Under the pieces are notes generated by a model. That model did no database searches. It saw only the letters and a list, made by a program, of their open reading frames with translations, and was not told the origin of the DNA. A stretch of DNA of 63,742 nt, the filler included, from Craspedostauros australis (taxonomy: Eukaryota): the NCBI GenBank assembly GCA_030167865.1. It is 9 parts of 9 records of this genome, joined end to end, with 100 filler letters (N's around TTAATTAATTAA, not from the genome) between each part and the next. Parts side by side here need not be neighbours in the genome. Positions count along the whole stretch, not along the records: positions 58,111 to 60,216 come from JALAGF010005330.1; positions 60,317 to 62,501 come from JALAGF010005333.1; positions 62,602 to 63,742 come from JALAGF010005354.1; 6 more parts are not named here. The stretch is one strand, 5' to 3'. The position numbers and the translations under genes were made by a program. Positions 58,111 through 63,742 of the stretch are shown in pieces. Each line of letters starts with the position of its first letter. The first letter of the stretch is position 1.

Positions 58111-60216
58111 TTCCTCGATGCTTGGGAAACCAAGCTCGACGACATCGAGGAGCTCGATGATGCATGCGTTGACGAGGCAGTCAAGCAGCAATGGTTGCGC
58201 ACCGCCATCGGTCCCGATGTCGACCTGACTCGGGCCTACACCAACGTCAAGTCCAACTCTCGCCAACGTCACAAGCAATCTCGTGGCTTCATCAAGGTTG
58301 GTGTCTCCTTCGAAGACCTCCTTGAGTTCGTCCGTGATGAGGCACAATCCCTCGACGCCAACCAGCCTCGCACCACATCTCGGCGCAAGGTCAACAANGC
58401 CAAGACCGGCGGCTCNGCTGGCAAAGGCANTGGCAAGGACTANGCCAAGGACGACCGTCGTTCCATCCCCAATGATGAATGGCGTGAGATGTCCAAGGAC
58501 CAACGCAAGGCATTCCTTGAAGCAAAGGGAAAGTGGCGCAAGAACAAAGTCAAGGGCAAGGCTGACTCCCACCGAGCTGCCAACAACGCTGCCACATCTT
58601 CGGGCACCACCGACACTCCTTCCGCAACTCCACCCGCTGGCAACACGGACTCTTCCAAGGCTGGTGACCAGTCCACTGCCATCGATCGCNNNNNNNNNNN
58701 NNNNNNNNNNNNNNNNNNNNNNNNNNNNNNNNNNNNNNNTCGGCGCATCATCCGTGCCTACAAGAAGTCTTGCGATGGCCGTGCGGCCTACGCCGATCTC
58801 GTCGATAGCTACACCAGTGGCGTTGTCGGCGAGACTCTGTCCATCAAGTACAGAGATGCCATCGTCGCCTTCCGATTGGACCAATCTTGGACCAAGACCC
58901 GCGAGCAATTCCTCGATGCNNNNNNNNNNNNNNNNNNNNNNNNNNNNNNNNNNNNNNNNNNNNNNNNNNNNNNNNNNNNNNNNNNNNNNNNNNNNNNNNN
59001 NNNNNNNNNNNNNNNNNNNNNNNNNNNNNNNNNNNNNNNNNNNNNNNNNNNNNNNNNNNNNNNNNNNNNNNNNNNNNNNNNNGGCTTCATCAAGGTTGGT
59101 GTCTCCTTCGAAGACCTCCTTGAGTTCGTCCGTGATGAGGCACAATCCCTCGACGCCAACCAGCCTCGCACCACATCTCGGCGCAAGGTCAACAATGCCA
59201 AGACCGGCGGCTCGGCTGGCAAAGGCACTGGCAAGGACTACGCCAAGGACGACCGTCGTTCCATCCCCAATGATGAATGGCGTGAGATGTCCAAGGACCA
59301 ACGCAAGGCATTCCTTGAAGCAAAGGGAAAGTGGCGCAAGAACAAAGTCAAGGGCAAGGCTGACTCCCACCGAGCTGCCAACAACGCTGCCACATCTTCG
59401 GGCACCACCGACACTCCTTCCGCAACTCCACCCGCTGGCAACACGGACTCTTCCAAGGCTGGTGACCAGTCCACTGCCATCGATCGCCTTCTCGCNNNNN
59501 NNNNNNNNNNNNNNNNGTCTGACGATACTCCTCAACTGGTCTACAAGGGCCAGACCTGGCGCCTTGCCAACTCCACGGTGGTCCGATACAGCTTCAACAA
59601 GCTTGTCAAGGACCGCTCTGGCTCTCTTGTCGACAGCGGTGCCAATGGTGGCCTGGCTGGCAATGACGTCCTCGTTCTCTGCAAGACAGGACACACCGCT
59701 GACGTCAGTGGCATTGGTGACTCTGCCATCGCCAACCTCGACATCGGTACGGTTGCTGGTCTCATCCAGACCACCGAAGGGCCCATCATTGGTAAGTTCC
59801 ACCAATATGCGCTCTACGGAAAGGGCAAGACCATCCATTCATCCAACCAGCTTGGTGCCTTCGGAATGGATGTCAACGAACGCCCACGGAATCTCCCTGG
59901 AGGTCGCCAGACCATCATCACACCAGGAGGCCACATCATCCCACTGGCTGTCCGGCAGGGCCTGTCCTACATGGATATGGCCAAGCCCACCCGCTCCGAG
60001 CTCGACAAGTATCCACATGTCGACTTCACCGCGGACGACGAATGGGACCCTTCTTCCCTCGACCAAGAGATGAACCTCGACGACATCGACGATGATGACG
60101 CCGCAGCACTCCAGCGCCGCGAGAACAACTCCACCGTTCTCACAGCCTACACTGGTGCTCGCCAAGCCGACATCGCTGACAATCCGGGCAGCATCATTGC
60201 CACTCGCAAGCCTGCT
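58111..60216 (+). mobile_element. CoDi-type Ty1/copia gag-protease fragments (collapsed, scrambled assembly)
   Basis: IPNDEWREMSKDQR, LVDSGANGGLAG (aspartic protease), TIHS, GGRQTIITPGGHIIPL, PT..EL...PHV..T....WDPS. 58285-58689 recurs at 59083-59487. Confidence 0.85.
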
Positions 60217-60317
60217 NNNNNNNNNNNNNNNNNNNNNNNNNNNNNNNNNNNNNNNNNNNNTTAATTAATTAANNNNNNNNNNNNNNNNNNNNNNNNNNNN
60301 NNNNNNNNNNNNNNNNA

Positions 60318-62501
60318 TTCGAATTGGTATGGGACAGTGGAGCTTCTATTTCTGTCACCAACGACCTCGATGACTTCTGCACCACCCCAAGTCTTCCACC
60401 GAAACCAACCTTTCTGAGTGGATTCCTCAAGAAAATCCAAGTGAATGCGTTGGGAACGGTAGAATGGCATGTGCTCGACGTGCGTGGAAGCCCACGCAAA
60501 CTACGATTGCCCGCCTTCTATGTACCCTTGTCCAAAGTGAAGCTCATCAGCACTTCGAGTCTCCTCGAAGAATACCCTGGAGAAACAATCGTCTTTGACA
60601 ATTCTTCATGCAAATTGAGCGGATTGGACGGGCACGAGGGTCGCAGCGCTGTTGTCGCCAACTACAAGAAATCAACGAAACTACCAACTTCAGTTGGTTA
60701 CAACTCGGACAACATCCACGACCTACCCAAAGCGCTCTCGTCAATTGTGTCAACTGTGTCAGACCACAACGTCAATCTCACTCAGCCGCAAAAGGAACTT
60801 CTCCGCTGGCACTACCGCCTCGGGCACTTATCCTTCAACAGAGTGAAATTCCTTCTACGTTCAGGTGTTCTCACAGGATCTGAAGCATCCCGAAAAATGC
60901 ATACCGCAGCCGCCAAAGTCACTGACCTCCCTCTTTGTGCCGCATGTCAGTTTGGAAAGTTGCACCGGCGCCCTTCGCCAGGTATAACTCAACATGTCGT
61001 GCGTGACAAACAAGGTGTGCTGCGGACCGACCACCTGTTCCCAGGCCAACAAGTATCAGTAGACCACTTCGTCGGACGAACACCAGGCCGCCTCTTTACA
61101 GGAAGAGGAAAAGGAGACCCAATTGACATGTATAGGGGCGGAGCTATCTTCGTTGACCACGCATCNAGNTACATTCACGTGGAACCAGTAGCAGCNCTGA
61201 CTACACACGCTACTCTAGAAGCCAAGGAACGATTTGAACTAATGTGTCGCGACGTCGGCGTGCCCGTACGCTCCTACCTATCAGACAACGCAACTACCTT
61301 CACTTCACCAGAGTACACTCGACACCTCGAAGCCTTCCATCAAGTCCATCGATTCGCCGGAGTCGGAGCCCACCATCACAATGGCATAGCAGAGCGAAGC
61401 ATCCGCACCATCGTGTCAATGGCTCGAACAATGATGATGCACCAAAGTATTCATTGGCCTGACATGTTTGATGCACAGCTATGGCCAATGGCAGTGGTAC
61501 ACGCAGCTTACATTTACAACCGTGTGCCCAATCCAGCAACAGGACTAACACCATACGATGTTCTCTCTCGTGTCCGACTTCCACTCAAACAGCTCCACAA
61601 TCTACATGTATGGGGCAGCCCTGTGTATGTGCTCAACAAAGCACTCGCAGATGGACGCAAGATACCTCGATGGGAACCAAGAGGAGAGCGATACGTCAAC
61701 GTGGGTCTTTCTACGAAGCACGCTTCGACAGTGCCTTTGGTACTCTCACCACGTACTGGATCCATCACACCTCAATTCCATGTGGTGTTCGACGATTGGT
61801 TCGCTACTACAGCAACTGACCCCAAACACCTGCCGAACTACCAATCAGAAGAGTGGACACGTATGTTTGGTGATACAACCTTTCAGTATCCATTTGATGA
61901 CGACGACGTAGAGGCAATGGAACAGGAAGAAACCCTCAACTCCGACCTCAAAGACCATAGTCGATTGAAGCGAAACGATGCGATCGAACCAAACATCCCA
62001 GCTTCGCCTCACATCCCCTTTCCATCCGCTGACAATCAAGGCGCAGAGGTACCATCGCTACCTGCTCCAAAGCNGAAACCAATGATGCAAACGGACGCAG
62101 GTTTCATCAATGATGACCTCGCCCCTCCAATGTCAGCTTCAGAGGGAGTGAATCAACCACTGTCTTCGACAGAGGGAGACTTCAGCTATCCTCCTGCAGC
62201 TAGTGAAGGCGAGGAACTCCAAGAGGGCCCCGCTTCACAAGAACCGCAATGGGAACCTTCTGACCAGCTCCCTGATCCGCTGAAGAAAGATCAGTCAGCT
62301 CAACCACCACTTCAACCCGTGTCCTCTATGCCAACATCAAATGTACCAGAGACCACGACCTCATCACCAATTCCACCAACATCCACGATTACGCCCAAGC
62401 GAGAACGGAGCACCAGAATTCGCAAAGAACCACAGCGATTCACCTATGGACGCCTTGGAGGCAAGGCAGCGTGGCTTGAAGACGACGATTGCGATGAGTA
62501 C
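60318..62501 (+). mobile_element. Ty1/copia pol fragment: protease, GAG-pre-integrase, integrase core, open frame
   Basis: WDSGAS, LLRWHYRLGH, CAACQFGK, VSVDHF, SDN, HHHNGIAERSIRT, WGSPVYVL, TPQFHVVFDDWF. Confidence 0.93.
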
Positions 62502-62715
62502 NNNNNNNNNNNNNNNNNNNNNNNNNNNNNNNNNNNNNNNNNNNNTTAATTAATTAANNNNNNNNNNNNNNNNNNNNNNNNNNNNNNNNNNNNNNNNNNN
62601 NGAATGGCATAGACTCACCTCAATCGCGGCAATCGTGCATGACACTGACGATGCCCTCCAGAAGGTGCATGACGACGGAGAGGAACTTGCATGGGTATGG
62701 ATTTGGTCGGATAGA

Positions 62716-62970
62716 CATAGCACCAGACGGAATTGCGAAATAACAATTGGACGACTACAAAGTAAACAATGAGGCGGAGGGGAAGAGAGTGGTTCGTCCC
62801 TCCAGACGTCGAAACTGATAGAATGCGTGATGGAAACGTTCAGGTGAGGGCGCAAAAATTCTATTGCGAGGAATAACACGGGATCCCCGACATAGGTATG
62901 CTTTTGTTGGCATAGGAATAGCACCAGGCGGAATTGCGAAATANAAATTGGACGACTACAAAGTAGACGA
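62716..62970. repeat. Two ~50-bp direct repeats about 200 bp apart
   Basis: ATAGCACCAG.CGGAATTGCGAAATA..AATTGGACGACTACAAAGTA at ~62717 and ~62918. Confidence 0.8.
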
Positions 62971-63742
62971 CAANGCGAANAAGANGACGCCAGTCCNGGC
63001 ATGTGGCTGTCGAAACCGATGGAGTCCGTGAACGCAGCGGAAAGGGGAAGATGTTGCAACTTTATCGTGAGAAATAAGACGAGAGAAAACGAGAATCCGG
63101 CAACACAACGTGCCGAAACAAAAACAGCACAGGGTGAATCGCATGCATTGTATTGGTGGGTGGGTATGTCGGCAGCGTTGAAATCAAGGTATGGAGTTCA
63201 TCCAACGGANNNNNNNNNNNNNNNNNNNNNNNNNNNNNNNNNNNNNNNNNNNNNNNNNNGATCGTGCAAAGGATGAATGCAGTAATGTTTGCAAATGTGC
63301 TACCCACGCAACAACATCGTATACCACTATTGAAAAATTCAGTCGATTGATTTGGGAGAAAATCGGGGAACCAGAAATTGGACACAGAGGGCCCAAGGCA
63401 AACAAGGAGCCGGCACGGCACAACCCCAGGTTGCGGCTCTCACACTCCTGCGCAAGCCAGAGTGGGTATGATGGTGCTGTCGTACACTGTCTAGTGTATG
63501 AACATACCTATCGTTCAATGATAAGAATCTAATCAGTGGATTGCTAGAGTCGGCACAAGGTGGGCACCTGCAGCATAGACACAGAATGCTACCTGGACAC
63601 CATCGCCGCCGACACCAAGCGCCATGCCGAATGGAATAAGGTTCTTGAATGATCGATTCCAAATGCTCTGCTCCAAGTACAATGCAATCTCCATGATGCT
63701 GGTAACATTGTCTGGTACAACTGGACTGACTCCAAGAGCAAA

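Noticed and set aside
17850..62557. Recurrent TTAATTAATTAA motif (8 copies) as a biological repeat, and gene neighbourhoods across it
   Set aside because: Always centred in 100-bp N-padded blocks, so it is an artificial six-frame-stop linker. Adjacency across linkers carries no biological meaning.

Overview
Eukaryotic genomic DNA, most likely from a diatom (inferred from a probable silicon-transporter N-terminus, CoDi-type copia elements, bipartite plastid-targeting-like presequences and GT-AG splicing). The window is not contiguous. Eight N-flanked TTAATTAATTAA linkers join nine scaffolds, and several internal gaps have duplicated flanks. Genes include a receptor-type class III nucleotide cyclase lacking both metal-binding Asp residues, a secreted alpha/beta hydrolase with one in-frame TGA, a basic-motif/low-complexity protein, a non-catalytic thioredoxin-like protein, BET3, a beta-barrel-like protein with a triplicated hairpin, a class C GPCR fragment, a GNAT, an ARM-repeat protein and a duplicated gene pair. 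Mobile DNA includes a two-ORF PIF/Harbinger element, a palindrome-rich MITE and several copia fragments. The best candidates for a novel system are (1) an intronless ~1523-aa fatty acyl-AMP ligase / carrier domain / Pls-like triple membrane-module synthetase and (2) an ankyrin-BTB gene whose near-identical 102-bp repeats vary mostly at predicted binding-surface codons. All assignments come from motif recognition by eye, with no database searches.
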